A stretch of DNA of 64,000 nt from IMG/VR virus record IMGVR_UViG_3300026097_000876, positions 1 to 64,000 of that record; one strand, written 5' to 3'. Below the pieces are notes generated by a model. The model had not been told where the DNA came from, did no database searches, and saw nothing but the letters and a program-made list of their open reading frames with translations. Position numbers and translations under genes: made by a program. The first letter of the stretch is position 1; the number at the start of each line of letters is the position of its first letter. This document shows, in pieces, positions 33,069 to 44,245 of the stretch.

Positions 33069-35375
33069 TCAGATTGCACAACTATCGCAAACTTCATCAT
33101 CGTCTGTATCAATTGTTTCTGTTACAGCAAGAGGTTCTTGTGTTGGTTCTTCGGCTATTTCACCGTCTGTCTTATAATCATATGTGTTTTGATAGTAACT
33201 TGTCTTCCAACCAAACTTGTAAGTATTCAGTAAGTCTTTTATCATAACACTCATTGGCACTTCGTTGTTTTCAAAGTGCGTTGGATTATAACTCCAGTTG
33301 CCTGAAATTGCTTGGTCAAAGAACTTTTGCATTACAGCTACAATATTAATGTAACCTTCGTTACTAGGCATATCCCATAGTAAAGTGTAATGTTGCTTGA
33401 GGCTTTGATATTGCGGGACAACTTGTTTCAAAGGACCTTTCTTTGATTTCTTAACACTTAGATATCCCCTAGGCGGCTCAATTCCATTTGTTGCGTTAGA
33501 TACAACACTTGAACTTTCTGACGGCATCTGTGCAGACAACGTGCTGTGTCTAAGACCGTGCGTTTTAATATCATTTCGCAAACTTTCCCAGTCATAGTTT
33601 AACTTGTTTTCTACGATAGTATCAACATCTTTTTTATAAGTATCAATTGGTAAAATACCGTCTGAATACTTTGTGCGATCAAAATATTCGCAAGCGCCTC
33701 GCTCTTGCGCTAACTTATTTGACGCTTTTAGCAAGTAATACTGGAATGCTTCTGTAAGATCGTGTACTAACTTCCATGACTGTTTATCGCTATACTGTAC
33801 TTGATTTTTAGCTAGATAATGAGCAAGTCCGATATACCCTACACCAAGTGAACGTCTTGCTTTAGTCGACTTTTCAGCCGCTAAGATTGGATATCTTTGA
33901 TAATCAATAATTTCTTCTAGAGCACGAACAGCAAGTTCACACAGCTCGTCTAAGTCATTCAAATCTTTAATTATGCCTACATTAATGGCACTTAGAATGC
34001 ACAGTGCAATCTCGCCCTCTGGATCATCAATATGATTTAATGGTTTAGTAGGCAATGTAATTTCTTGACACAAGTTACTCATGTACACTGTGTCTTTGAA
34101 CGAACTGTGTGTGTTAGCGTGGTCTACGTTCATGATGTAGATACGTCCTGTCTCTGCACGTTCTTTGACCAATGCGGAAAACAACTCCATCGCTGGTATA
34201 CGTCTCTTTTTAATACTTGTAGCACGTTCATACTTTTCGTATAGTTCTTGGAATTTGTCTGCATCGCCAAAGTATGCTTCATACAAACCAGGAACATCAT
34301 GTGGCGAGAAAAGAGTAATATCTCCCCCAGATAACAATCTTTCATACATTGTTTTGTTAAGTTGGATTGAATAGTCTAGCTTGCGCACACGGTTGTCTTC
34401 TGTGCCTTTGTTGTTCTTTAGCACAAGGATGTCTTCAATCTCTTGATGCCAAAACGGGAAGTGTGTTGTAGCTGATCCGCCACGTACACCGTTTTGTGTA
34501 CAGCAACGTACTGTACTTTCGAATTTTTTAAGGAACGGAATGATTCCTGTGTGCGCTACTTCTCCGCCTCTGATTTTTGAGTTGACGCCTCTGATGCGGC
34601 CTGCATTGATGCCGATACCCGCTCGCTGTGCAGTGTATCTACCAATCGACATATCGCTAGCGAAGATACTATCAAGGGTGTCGTCACTGTCAACAAGGAC
34701 GCAACTAGCAAACTGTCGCACAGGCGTTCTGACCCCGGCCATGACTGGTGTCGGGATATTGATTTTAAAAAGTGAGGTCGCATCATAGTATCTCCTTACA
34801 TAATGCATACGTGTTTCTGCAGGATAGTTTGCAAACAACGTAGCTGCGATCATCATGTACATGTGCTGAGGAGTTTCAAATATTTCGCCTGAGGAACGAT
34901 CTTGACATAGGTACTTGTCTACTACTTGGCGAAGTCCAGCATAGGTAAAGTTTTCATCACGCTTGTGACGAATATAACCATCAAGTGTTGCAAGTTCTTC
35001 TGCGGTGTACTTCTCGAGAATTTCTGCATCATACACGCCGCGTTCGATATTTCTAGAAATCATTTCAGCTAGAGATAGCTTTTCAAACCCGCCAAACACT
35101 TCCTTGTACACTCCGTACAGCAACAATCTTGAAGCGGCATATTGATAATTAGGAGTTTCTAAACTGATTAGATCATTTGCTGACCTAACTAATAAATCTT
35201 GAATTTCCTTAGTTGTCATTCCGTCCGAAAATTGAATTCCAGCATTCATTTGGATCAAACTACTACTAACGTTAGCTAGTCCCTCACATGCAAAATTAAC
35301 TACTTTATGGATTTTTTGGATATCTAGGCGTACCCTATCGCCATGACGTTTTACAATGCTAAGGTCTTGTTTCAT
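33069..35375 (-). CDS. nrdA: Ribonucleotide reductase class Ia alpha subunit with ATP cone
   Basis: PTPVMAG, FASCVL, SNLCQEI, ALCILSA; uninterrupted. Confidence 0.97.
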   Translation of the reverse strand: MKQDLSIVKRHGDRVRLDIQKIHKVVNFACEGLANVSSSLIQMNAGIQFSDGMTTKEIQDLLVRSANDLISLETPNYQYAASRLLLYGVYKEVFGGFEKLSLAEMISRNIERGVYDAEILEKYTAEELATLDGYIRHKRDENFTYAGLRQVVDKYLCQDRSSGEIFETPQHMYMMIAATLFANYPAETRMHYVRRYYDATSLFKINIPTPVMAGVRTPVRQFASCVLVDSDDTLDSIFASDMSIGRYTAQRAGIGINAGRIRGVNSKIRGGEVAHTGIIPFLKKFESTVRCCTQNGVRGGSATTHFPFWHQEIEDILVLKNNKGTEDNRVRKLDYSIQLNKTMYERLLSGGDITLFSPHDVPGLYEAYFGDADKFQELYEKYERATSIKKRRIPAMELFSALVKERAETGRIYIMNVDHANTHSSFKDTVYMSNLCQEITLPTKPLNHIDDPEGEIALCILSAINVGIIKDLNDLDELCELAVRALEEIIDYQRYPILAAEKSTKARRSLGVGYIGLAHYLAKNQVQYSDKQSWKLVHDLTEAFQYYLLKASNKLAQERGACEYFDRTKYSDGILPIDTYKKDVDTIVENKLNYDWESLRNDIKTHGLRHSTLSAQMPSESSSVVSNATNGIEPPRGYLSVKKSKKGPLKQVVPQYQSLKQHYTLLWDMPSNEGYINIVAVMQKFFDQAISGNWSYNPTHFENNEVPMSVMIKDLLNTYKFGWKTSYYQNTYDYKTDGEIAEEPTQEPLAVTETIDTDDDEVCDSCAI

Positions 35376-35406
35376 TCTTTTCTTTTTCCTTTTTATCAAA
35401 AAATAT

Positions 35407-35832
35407 TTAGTGAAGCGGCGGCATGTGATATATCTTTTGTGATATTACACTTTGTGGAAGTTCGTCGATGGAAACTGCTTCTGTATCGTATCCCAAGACC
35501 ATACTCCTGTCCAAATATACTAGGTACATTACTTGTTCTTTTTCAATGTCCTTACTGATATGTATCTCTACCTGTGACTCACTAAACCTATCGGTTAATT
35601 GTAACGTATACGCACAAAGTTGTGCGATTTCATACTCAGTAAATGAACTGTTTTCAATTAGATTCCAAGGTCCTAATTGTGTATTTGGATCAAACGGATT
35701 GCATTTGCGACTACTAATCGGCAAGTCGTTTAAAAATTTTTGTAACAAAGAAAATGGCCGCGGATGTGTTTCTAATGTGTTCCGAAGATCTCTCCATACT
35801 TTGACTTTATCTTCAAATTTTAATTTGTACAT
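35407..35832 (-). CDS. Hypothetical protein
   Basis: 141-aa ORF abutting its neighbours. Confidence 0.6.
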   Translation of the reverse strand: MYKLKFEDKVKVWRDLRNTLETHPRPFSLLQKFLNDLPISSRKCNPFDPNTQLGPWNLIENSSFTEYEIAQLCAYTLQLTDRFSESQVEIHISKDIEKEQVMYLVYLDRSMVLGYDTEAVSIDELPQSVISQKIYHMPPLH

Positions 35833-37454
35833 TAACTTATGACTTTGATTTTAAAATTAAATTCGCCCTGATCATTTGTTGTAGAGTTTAACATGCTGAT
35901 AATAAGTGTGTCAACCCCTGATGCACCATCGGTGTCTACCATAGCAGCTTGGAACTGTAGATTGCTTTCGTATGCAACATCACCTTGGTAACTATGATCG
36001 TCTATAAAATTAATTGCATTACTGTTAGACTTGTCTAACTGAAATGTCATTACACCTGTTCTTTGTGCATTTACAATAGCACTATAATAAGAATATTCAA
36101 CTTCATAGGTTCTATTATAATCGCCTGGCAATCTAAACAAATAGGTATAAGAACTTGCTTCGGACATTTCTAGACTATGCCAGCCTCCGATAGTCGAAAT
36201 TACTTTACCTTTGATTTCTGAAACATATTTGCTGTTTGTAATGTATGTTTGGTTGTAGGACAAGTCAGCTGTTCTAGCAAAGTAATCTTCAACACTACTG
36301 TTTCCTGATTGTACAAAGTCAATCACACTGTATTGTGCGTTGCCTTCGTTGCCGCCGACGTTACCGACTCCTTCATAATTGTTGTGAGAACTAATATTAT
36401 TAGTTCCGTTTGTAATTGCAATTGCTTCTCTATCAATGTTTGTAAAGGCAGATTGACTGATCGTGTTCTTGCACGGTCCTGTGCTTTGTCCAGCTGAACC
36501 AATTGCTGTGTTTTCGCCAAACACAACTCCTTGGCCAATATCTTGGAAATAACAACAATGCCAGTGATTATTGTACACATCATCATCACTTGAAATAGCA
36601 ACACTTAATCCGCTAACCATAACATGATCAAACTTGTTTTTTTGAGTGCCTACTAGCGAACTTAGCGAGTTTAATTTAAACCCTGCGTTAGTTGAAGTAA
36701 TAGTATCTCCAGTTGTCCAAGGACCTGTGATTTTAATTTCTTTAAAATGACTATTCTTACAACTATCTAATACAATAGCCGGCTGTGTTGTACTTACGGT
36801 ACTAACAGTTATTCCTTCTATATGAATATTAGTTGGTTGATTATCTGCTGTATTACTACTTCCGTCAGTATATGCTCCCGGAGTACTTGATCCATTTACT
36901 GTTGAAAATGCTAAATTATCCCCAGTCATAGTAAACTTTGTCTTGTCCATTCCTGCTCCGATAATACTAGCGTATGGAGGAATTTTAATAGTGTCACTGA
37001 TTGTATACACACCTGCAGGAAAATAAAGTTTAACTCTGCTTTGTTCTGTGCCTTTGGTTGAGTTATTAATAAACAGTTGGTCAATGGCTCGTTGAATTGC
37101 CACAGTTTGATCTGTTCCGTCGCCGTTACCGCCAAAGGATCTAATGCTTACGATTTCGTCTAGTCTAGATTGTAATGTTCTTTTGATAGGGGATGTTGCA
37201 CTAGCACCTGTCTGTACTGTGACTCCGTTTAGATAGGCATACGTGTTTGCAAGAGTAAAAAGATCGTCGTGCTCAGTAATTACTTTAGTGTTACCAACTG
37301 CCGGAGCACCTTCAGCAACACTACCGTTACCAATGTACAGTTCTCTCGAATCAACAGCCCAACCAAGTTCGCCGCCTGCAAGTTGTGGTATTCCCGAACC
37401 TTGATTTTTTTGTCCTCTACGTACCTGTATCCTGGAGATCTGCACCACGGCCAT
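35832..37454 (-). CDS. Virion tail/baseplate protein with pectate-lyase-3 beta-helix
   Basis: IQVRRG...QLAGGELGW N-terminus; GDGTDQT..AIQRAID..LYFPAGVY. Confidence 0.75.
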   Translation of the reverse strand: MAVVQISRIQVRRGQKNQGSGIPQLAGGELGWAVDSRELYIGNGSVAEGAPAVGNTKVITEHDDLFTLANTYAYLNGVTVQTGASATSPIKRTLQSRLDEIVSIRSFGGNGDGTDQTVAIQRAIDQLFINNSTKGTEQSRVKLYFPAGVYTISDTIKIPPYASIIGAGMDKTKFTMTGDNLAFSTVNGSSTPGAYTDGSSNTADNQPTNIHIEGITVSTVSTTQPAIVLDSCKNSHFKEIKITGPWTTGDTITSTNAGFKLNSLSSLVGTQKNKFDHVMVSGLSVAISSDDDVYNNHWHCCYFQDIGQGVVFGENTAIGSAGQSTGPCKNTISQSAFTNIDREAIAITNGTNNISSHNNYEGVGNVGGNEGNAQYSVIDFVQSGNSSVEDYFARTADLSYNQTYITNSKYVSEIKGKVISTIGGWHSLEMSEASSYTYLFRLPGDYNRTYEVEYSYYSAIVNAQRTGVMTFQLDKSNSNAINFIDDHSYQGDVAYESNLQFQAAMVDTDGASGVDTLIISMLNSTTNDQGEFNFKIKVIS

Positions 37455-37484
37455 ATCTCATCCTCCTAAATTTATTACTAGTAT

Positions 37485-38189
37485 TTATGCGTGTTGCTCG
37501 TAGAATTGATAGACCCTGTTGTACCACTCGTTGCGCCATTCGTCATATTCGTGTGGCCAAAGATCAAATTGTAGATATTGTTCGCCGCCTAGCGCCATTG
37601 AATCATCGCCACGAGTACACATAAACACGTGTCCTTCTCGAATATCTGTACCATATATTTCGTTGTGTGCTTCTGCATATGCAACCATTTGTAGGTAATA
37701 GTCCACTACCCACTCTGGTTTCTTAACTTTGTTTGATTGCTTAAAATCCATGATAGCAGGATTGCCTTTGTATTGACCAACTAAATCTGTTGTGCCAGCA
37801 TACATTTGCGGCATGTATAAGTTAATTTCACTACCCCAAATTTCATCTACATCAATCATAGCACAGTCACGAATTTGTTCCGCCATACGATGTGCTTTGA
37901 TTGCAAAAGGATTACTTCCAGGAGTAGGCCATTCACCAAACTCAATATAATCTTCAAGATACTTGTGCATGCGTGTACCAACGCCTGCGGCTTCTGTAGT
38001 AATTTCTTGTGCTTTCTTTTCGCCTACACGCTTGCGCCATGCAATAAGATGTGTTTTATCTTTAGTGGCATCAAGAATAGTTGTTACGCTTGCAACTGCT
38101 CCGCCGTCTGGAGTAGCATACAATCTCTTGCCGTTTATTTCTTTACGTGATATTGGTTGGTAATCAAACTTTTCTGTAATTAAACTCAT
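37485..38189 (-). CDS. PD-(D/E)xK exonuclease (MGME1/Cas4-like phage exonuclease)
   Basis: SVTTIL, GTRMH, YAGTTDL, IMDFKQS, LQMVAYA. Confidence 0.85.
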   Translation of the reverse strand: MSLITEKFDYQPISRKEINGKRLYATPDGGAVASVTTILDATKDKTHLIAWRKRVGEKKAQEITTEAAGVGTRMHKYLEDYIEFGEWPTPGSNPFAIKAHRMAEQIRDCAMIDVDEIWGSEINLYMPQMYAGTTDLVGQYKGNPAIMDFKQSNKVKKPEWVVDYYLQMVAYAEAHNEIYGTDIREGHVFMCTRGDDSMALGGEQYLQFDLWPHEYDEWRNEWYNRVYQFYEQHA

Positions 38190-38193
38190 ATTC

Positions 38194-38793
38194 TCACTTT
38201 ATGTTAAAGTCCCAAACTAGGGCTCGTCTGTTATCTTCTGTTGGGTATGCACCGTGCCATACCCTATCATCCATTATAACCACTCTGCCGGGTGCAGGAT
38301 GGAACTTGTGATCGTATGTATATCCATTTTGATCTTGCAAAACAGTATACAAGCATCCGTTGAAGCGATTATCTTTGGTAGGAACAATGTTATCAAAGAA
38401 CATTACACTAGATGCAAATCTTTTATTTGTCTGTCCTACTTTATCTGTTGAATGAAAATGACCAGCTTGCCAGCCTCCTGGAAAATAATTAAGTGTCCAG
38501 GCTTTGTGAGCTTGCTCGTCTGTTCTTTCTTCTAGTTGTGTTATAGGCATATTCAACTGAGAAAAGATGTCCAACAACCATTCTTTGTATTCTTTTCTTT
38601 CTCTAGACCATTCTTCATTTTGCAAAGGTTTTTGTATGCCATTGACCGTACAAGATCCAGTAGAGATATCTGCTGACGTAAAATCAAATAATTTTTCCAT
38701 ATCTTTGTAATAAGGATAAATTGCAGATACTACCCAGTGCTGATTTGGAACAGCATAGAATTCGATGTCATTTATTTGTTTTAATAGACTCAA
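38194..38793 (-). CDS. Putative 2OG-Fe(II) oxygenase
   Basis: AWTLNY...GHFH...VWHGAYP...RRALVWD. Confidence 0.65.
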   Translation of the reverse strand: MSLLKQINDIEFYAVPNQHWVVSAIYPYYKDMEKLFDFTSADISTGSCTVNGIQKPLQNEEWSRERKEYKEWLLDIFSQLNMPITQLEERTDEQAHKAWTLNYFPGGWQAGHFHSTDKVGQTNKRFASSVMFFDNIVPTKDNRFNGCLYTVLQDQNGYTYDHKFHPAPGRVVIMDDRVWHGAYPTEDNRRALVWDFNIK

Positions 38794-38845
38794 TGGAAAC
38801 TCCTATTCTTTAAGTATATAACAAAAGTCTTAGGAAGTCAACAGT

Positions 38846-39109
38846 TTATTTGAGTGCGGCTTTGGTTGCTCTGTCAGCCATTTGGTCAACGGTCTTGTCG
38901 TCGTCTGGTTCTCTAGGAGTTTCTGCGCCAGCGAGAACAACACCGTCTTGATCAAAGTTATTAACAAGATCTTTTACTCTTGTGTCGTTGTTATATGCCT
39001 GAACAAAACTGTCTTTGTCGAAGTGTTCGCTGCCTACATTTGAAAGAATGTCGTTGAGTTTTTCCCAACTAATTTTTGTTGAGCCTTGTTCTAACTCTAG
39101 ATAGAGCAC
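38846..39109 (-). CDS. Hypothetical late protein
   Basis: ORF in the late cluster; start may lie slightly upstream. Confidence 0.5.
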   Translation of the reverse strand: MLYLELEQGSTKISWEKLNDILSNVGSEHFDKDSFVQAYNNDTRVKDLVNNFDQDGVVLAGAETPREPDDDKTVDQMADRATKAALK

Positions 39110-39141
39110 TTGTGATAGTTTATCGTAACTTTCAGACTCGT

Positions 39142-40062
39142 TTACTTTTTTTTTGAATCTGATAGCATCTTGCCTAGACGTCTACTTAGATCGATACTTT
39201 CTCTTTTCTCTCTATCTGCTGGCTCGTCTCCTCCAGCGGATGCATCTGCTGTTGCAAATTCATCTTCGTCGTCTTCAGGGGCGTCATCTTCTGCATCGAC
39301 TGGCTCCATTTCTAGATCCATTTCGTCGTCTACTTCATCGCCCATTGTTTGAGGTGCACCTTCGCCTGTTAAAGTAGCTACGCCACCTGTCAAAGCATCT
39401 CTAGTACTTTCCAATGATGTAAACAGTTCTTCTAGCGCAGGTTTAACTGCGGCAATAAACTGTTCAGATTTTTCAATACCTAGTTCGTCTTTAATTTTAT
39501 CGCCTAGTTCTAACATTGATTCGGTTTGCATTTCTGCTGTGTCTTCCATCCAACTAGTAACACGATCAACCATATCTTTAGCTGCCATTACTAGTGTTGC
39601 CTCTTGTTCAGCACCTTCACGTACAACAGATTCTTTCTTGGCTCCTACGTTAGGGTCCTCGTCGTCTTTGTCTGCCCACGGTGGAACTCCGTCGCCATCT
39701 CCGTCTGGCATACTACCTTTGCCTGACTTAGCTTTTTTATCTTCTGGCTTCTTGCTTTTATTCTTTTCTTGATATGCTTTAAGACCTGCTGGAACTTCAC
39801 CTTCTGCCATCTCACGCTCTGCAATCTCTGCATTTACAACATCAAGGAACATTTTACTTTTTTGATACGTATCACTTGTAGAAACGCTGTCAAAACTTTC
39901 ATTAGTTTCAACTTGAAAAAGTTTTGTTCTCAATTTGTTACGAACGTCTTCTAACTGTTCTGTAGTAAATGCATCTACATTAACTGTTTGTCCGAATCTC
40001 TTAGCCAAACTTTCATTTAGTGTCTTGACCGTAATAGGTTTTGAAAATTCTGAAATAAGCAT
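39142..40062 (-). CDS. Acidic head core/scaffold-like protein
   Basis: Very acidic; several L/I-x-E sites; MLISEF N-terminus. Confidence 0.55.
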   Translation of the reverse strand: MLISEFSKPITVKTLNESLAKRFGQTVNVDAFTTEQLEDVRNKLRTKLFQVETNESFDSVSTSDTYQKSKMFLDVVNAEIAEREMAEGEVPAGLKAYQEKNKSKKPEDKKAKSGKGSMPDGDGDGVPPWADKDDEDPNVGAKKESVVREGAEQEATLVMAAKDMVDRVTSWMEDTAEMQTESMLELGDKIKDELGIEKSEQFIAAVKPALEELFTSLESTRDALTGGVATLTGEGAPQTMGDEVDDEMDLEMEPVDAEDDAPEDDEDEFATADASAGGDEPADREKRESIDLSRRLGKMLSDSKKK

Positions 40063-40089
40063 TACTGTATGTTCCTTGTCATTATAGTT

Positions 40090-41094
40090 TTATTTATCAA
40101 ATATAAATGTTTCTATTGCTTCTAAAGCGGTCCAACACTTCTCCATAGCAATATCAAACTGTATTTCTGCGGTGTCTTTTTTAATATTGTTTTTTGAATT
40201 CTCGTATGATCTTTTGGCAAATACAGCATCCATGTAGTATTTACTCGCTCGGTCGTCAAAATTCATTACACTATTAATGTGTTCTTGTTTTTGTTCTATT
40301 GTTAGTTTTGCTATAGCAAGAGCTGCCGCTTTAGTAAATGTTGTAACTATGTGGGAGTTTGTTTTACAATCAAAAAGTTTATAACCTTTTTTGTGTTTTC
40401 GAATTGCAATATGCTTTAGACGAATGCTGTTGCCTTTTTCGTAAGGAATCGCCACTCGATCTAAACCAGTAGTTATTACACGATCTAATTCTTCTGCTAA
40501 TTGTTCATTGAAGATCATTTGCTACAACCAATACAGTCCCGTTATTCACTATTTTACTTAATAAACATTTACGAATCAAAGATTCAATTATGAATCTGTC
40601 TCGTTCTGAAAAACTATGTATTGGTCGTACCGAACTACATTTTTTCAACACTTGTTTCTCCTCATTGGAAGTTTGAATGTCGAAACTTGATAGTAGTTCG
40701 TTTAATTTCATTTTTGGATTAGCTGTTGCACAGCGCCTTTAATTTGGTCTGAGTCCTTTTGATAAACTATCTTTGGTCCTTTTTTGTTTTTAGGATCAGC
40801 TATTGTGATTTCGTTTCCTGCTACTTTATCAACTACAGTTTCTTGATCACCTATGTTGAGTTTTGCACCTGGCTTTAACAATTTATTAGCTGCCATAGTG
40901 TTTGTTTTTTGTGCTACTTTTTGTGCGGCTTTCTCCTGTGCTGTTTTAGGAGGATTAGCTGCGTTAGTTGCTGATTTTACGGCATTTCCCATTGCCTTTC
41001 CAACTCTGCCAACAGCCGAAGAAACTACTTTGCCAACTTGACCCACTGTAGGAATCGCTTCATTAGTATTTTGGCTAAACTCATAAAACCTCAT
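40090..41094 (-). CDS. Three late hypothetical ORFs (40090-40518, 40505-40711, 40708-41094)
   Basis: Overlapping junctions; capsid-targeting-like N-termini. Confidence 0.6.
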
Positions 41095-41683
41095 TTCATT
41101 CTCCTACGTTTTGTACTACGCTTGGTTGGTTTCATTCTAGTTTTATTTAACTTTGAAACTAACTTTGAACTTGGATTGGTCCTTTTAGTAAATCTCGACT
41201 TGATCTTAATTAAAGGTGACTTCTTTGCCTTTGTTTTTTTAAGAGCTTGTTTACTAGCAACGTTAACCGGAGTCGAGCACGTTTGTGCTTTGGCAACAAT
41301 ACGACCTTTCTTTTGTCCTGAGTTACAGCGATACTTGCGAACAAGTTTACCACCTTGGCGACTAAAGATTTGCGTTGCGCCTTCTGTGATGTCGGTAATA
41401 TTCATCTAGCACTCTTGTTTAATCTTGCAAGTGCAACTGATGCTGGATTAGTTCTTTTGGTTTTGCGAGCTTTCCTAGCAATTCTCGGCCCTAGTCTTGC
41501 ACGAGTTTTCTTGAGGGTCATGCGGGCTTTTAAATTAGGCGATGCAAAACACTGTGCCATGTTAGACACAATACGGCCTTTTCTCTGACCCATAGAACAT
41601 TTGTATTTGCGGACGAGTTTTTTACCTTTGCGGCCCCAAACTTGTTTTTCTTGTATTTTTGATGTTATTTCTGTGATCTGCAT
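41091..41683 (-). CDS. Tandem paralogous basic proteins (41091-41405 and 41402-41683)
   Basis: Both carry KLVRKY(R/K)C..GQ(K/R)KGRIV...C. Confidence 0.75.
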
Positions 41684-41702
41684 ATGGTATTTATGCAGGA
41701 TG

Positions 41703-41939
41703 TTATTGAAAGGATATTAATAGAACTACGATAGTAGATAATAGGCCTGCAACAATAGTACCGGTTGCACCAATCAAGACTTTCATCATAGACTTGTTGC
41801 CTTCTTGAATATCATTGTGTATATCTTCAACTTTAAGCTCAATCTTGTTAAGACGTGACTCAAGATTTTGATATCTCTGCTCGCACAAATCAACATGTGC
41901 TTCTAAACTTTCTCTTTCTAGTTTGGTGGCTCTTGCCAT
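41703..41939 (-). CDS. Coiled-coil plus C-terminal TM protein (holin/XhlA-like)
   Basis: LEAHVDLCEQRY...; single TM. Confidence 0.55.
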   Translation of the reverse strand: MARATKLERESLEAHVDLCEQRYQNLESRLNKIELKVEDIHNDIQEGNKSMMKVLIGATGTIVAGLLSTIVVLLISFQ

Positions 41940-42010
41940 AACCGAATCTCCGTTCCTATTTTCTCTGGAAGGGGCCTTACTTTGTACCTAAATGATTATG
42001 TGATGTTTGC

Positions 42011-42403
42011 CTATTCTATTACTATGTTTTGTTGTTTGCCTTGTGCTCTAAACACATTATTATTTATCTTAATGGTTTCATTTAGACCCGAAACAACCGG
42101 AACTAGGTCGAAATCTTTTAATAAGTCAATAGGATTAGGAAATTCTTGACCTTCATCTATCTTGCATTCCAGTGTCCAAACATGATGGCTTCCTTTGTAG
42201 TCTTCGCCAAAGCCTAGCTTTTTTAATTTTGCTGTTGATATTTTTTCAACAGTAGGAGACTGATCAAAATAAATGTTAGTCCTTAGAGTTAAGGTTTGTA
42301 CAAAAGTCATAAAGTTTGCTTGTTGATTGATCGCAATATTATCCATGCTATTACTTTTATGTTGTTTAGTTTCTGTGATATCAATCAAGGTATAGACTTT
42401 CAT
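42011..42403 (-). CDS. Hypothetical protein
   Basis: ORF after a terminator. Confidence 0.55.
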   Translation of the reverse strand: MKVYTLIDITETKQHKSNSMDNIAINQQANFMTFVQTLTLRTNIYFDQSPTVEKISTAKLKKLGFGEDYKGSHHVWTLECKIDEGQEFPNPIDLLKDFDLVPVVSGLNETIKINNNVFRAQGKQQNIVIE

Positions 42404-42420
42404 AAACTTACTTATTGCTG

Positions 42421-42452
42421 ATAAAAAAAGAGCCACTTAAAAAGTGGCTCTT
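42421..42452 (-). terminator. Intrinsic terminator
   Basis: AAAGAGCCACT-TTTTA-AGTGGCTCTTT followed by T run. Confidence 0.75.
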
Positions 42453-42498
42453 TAGTGTGACGCCTTCCGTTGTCACGGTTCCTAAGGTAGTAGGAATC

Positions 42499-42894
42499 TT
42501 ATGCTGCGTTAAGACCGATGAATGTGCCTGGCTCAGTTACTGTTACAACTGCGTTTCCGCCTGCTGCATCTTTCCAAATACCTGCACCTTCAATAAGACC
42601 TGTGTCTTCGATGATGTGGCCTAGACGTGCTGCAATTGAAGTAATGTCATTTGCATGACCGTCCATTACAACTACTAGTTCTTCACCGTCTGCTGCAAAC
42701 TCAGCTAATAGTGGGCTTAGTGCTCTTAGCATTCCACGTGCTGTACCTTCGGTGATTGCTGTGCCTGCGCCGCCTGCTTGTGTGTCAGCTGTTGCTGCTG
42801 TTTCTAGTACGATTTTAAAAACTTTTAGTTGAGCTGTGCTTACTAAATCTTCTAGTGCGATTAAATCGCTGTTTACTCTTGTTACTCCTGCCAT
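42499..42894 (-). CDS. Probable abundant late structural protein
   Basis: CTAAATA late promoter, 5' hairpin, AAGGAG RBS, own terminator; Ala/Gly/Thr-rich. Confidence 0.6.
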   Translation of the reverse strand: MAGVTRVNSDLIALEDLVSTAQLKVFKIVLETAATADTQAGGAGTAITEGTARGMLRALSPLLAEFAADGEELVVVMDGHANDITSIAARLGHIIEDTGLIEGAGIWKDAAGGNAVVTVTEPGTFIGLNAA

Positions 42895-42972
42895 TTTCTT
42901 TCTCCTTTTCTTGAAATGACACTTCGTTACTCTACGAAGTTGTTATAAGTATTTAGCTTAGAAGAAAAAAAA

Positions 42973-44236
42973 CTACTTTTTAGGTTCTTTTTTGGCTCGA
43001 TTTTCTAAATTTCTTAACTGTTGGGCAAATCCTGGTCCAGCTTTAACTATGTTGTCTATAACTTGTATTGCAGGCAAGTATCCCTGAACTACACTTGAAG
43101 GGATGCTCTTGCCGTCCTTAGCTAATTCTAAAAACTTTTTAGTCATCATTAAGTTTTTGGTTCCTACAAGATATCTATACGACAACATATCTTGTCCTGT
43201 TACAGCAATGTCCGGAACACTAACTTTTGGTTCTGAATCACTTACTGTGCTAGTTTCTAAATTTTTATCAGCGGCTAACTTTTCTAAGTTGTCAATAATA
43301 TCACTTGAACGTAGTTTTGCTCGTGATGCGAATAATAACCTGGTTACTATTGCTTTACGATTTACTCGGTTTAGACTTGCCCAATTGAATACAGACCTGC
43401 GGATTGCCTTGTAGTCTGAATTAGTAATACTCAGTGCGGCTTCTATTTTAATAAAAGTTTCTGCATCAGATCTATCAACAGCACTTCCGTTTGATAGTTT
43501 AGACATATAACCGTTAAATCGCATTGTAGGAAAGTTTGTGCGTTGTCTTAGAGTCATTGCAGCGCCAGGATCTTTTAGTTTATTTAGAGCAACTTCGTCA
43601 CCATTTACAAAATAAACAAAATTATGCAGGTCAGTCCCGTTCATTTTAAACTGGGAATAATCACTATCTTTAGTTTTCTTTGCATAGTTTACAGCCGAAA
43701 CACTGTGTGTAGGATATTTTCTTAGCAATTCAAGAACCAGCATCGTGAGATACAGACGCTGACCACAATCGGTATAGGTCAGCGATCTTACATTGTTTTG
43801 ATCACGGGTCAATCTCGCTTCGTGTAGTTCCTGTAAAAACTTCATCTTATTTCATATATTTTTGAACAAAGTTTTGTACAATTTGTTTTGGATTGTCTGA
43901 AAGAACATCTTCTAATCCTACTGAACTTTGAATATCTTTTTGGAACTGAGCGCGGATAGTGCTTTTAACATTGTCTGTTCTTGCTAGCATACCTAAAGTT
44001 TTAGCTTGTTCTGGACTTATGTTAAATGTTTTGCCGTCGTCAGTCTTGACCGAACGAACAGGATCTTTAATATCATCTCCCTGACTTTGAACAATTTTTT
44101 CTAACTGGTCTGTCATAGGATCTTCATCGTATCCTTTACCCATAGTTGCATCATCATCTTGATCTAGTTCTGACCCTACTCCGCCTAGTTCTAAATCATC
44201 AAATTCACTTTCATTAAGCAAATCAATTAATTTCAT
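42973..44236 (-). CDS. Two late hypothetical proteins (42973-43845, 43847-44236)
   Basis: N-termini MKFLQELHEA and MKLIDLLNES. Confidence 0.65.
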
Positions 44237-44245
44237 TTGTTTCTC

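Noticed and set aside
31914-35375. Introns or inteins in nrdA/nrdB
   Set aside because: Both ORFs are uninterrupted and of normal length
37485-38189. Cas4 of a CRISPR system
   Set aside because: No Fe-S Cys cluster, array or other cas genes; ordinary phage exonuclease
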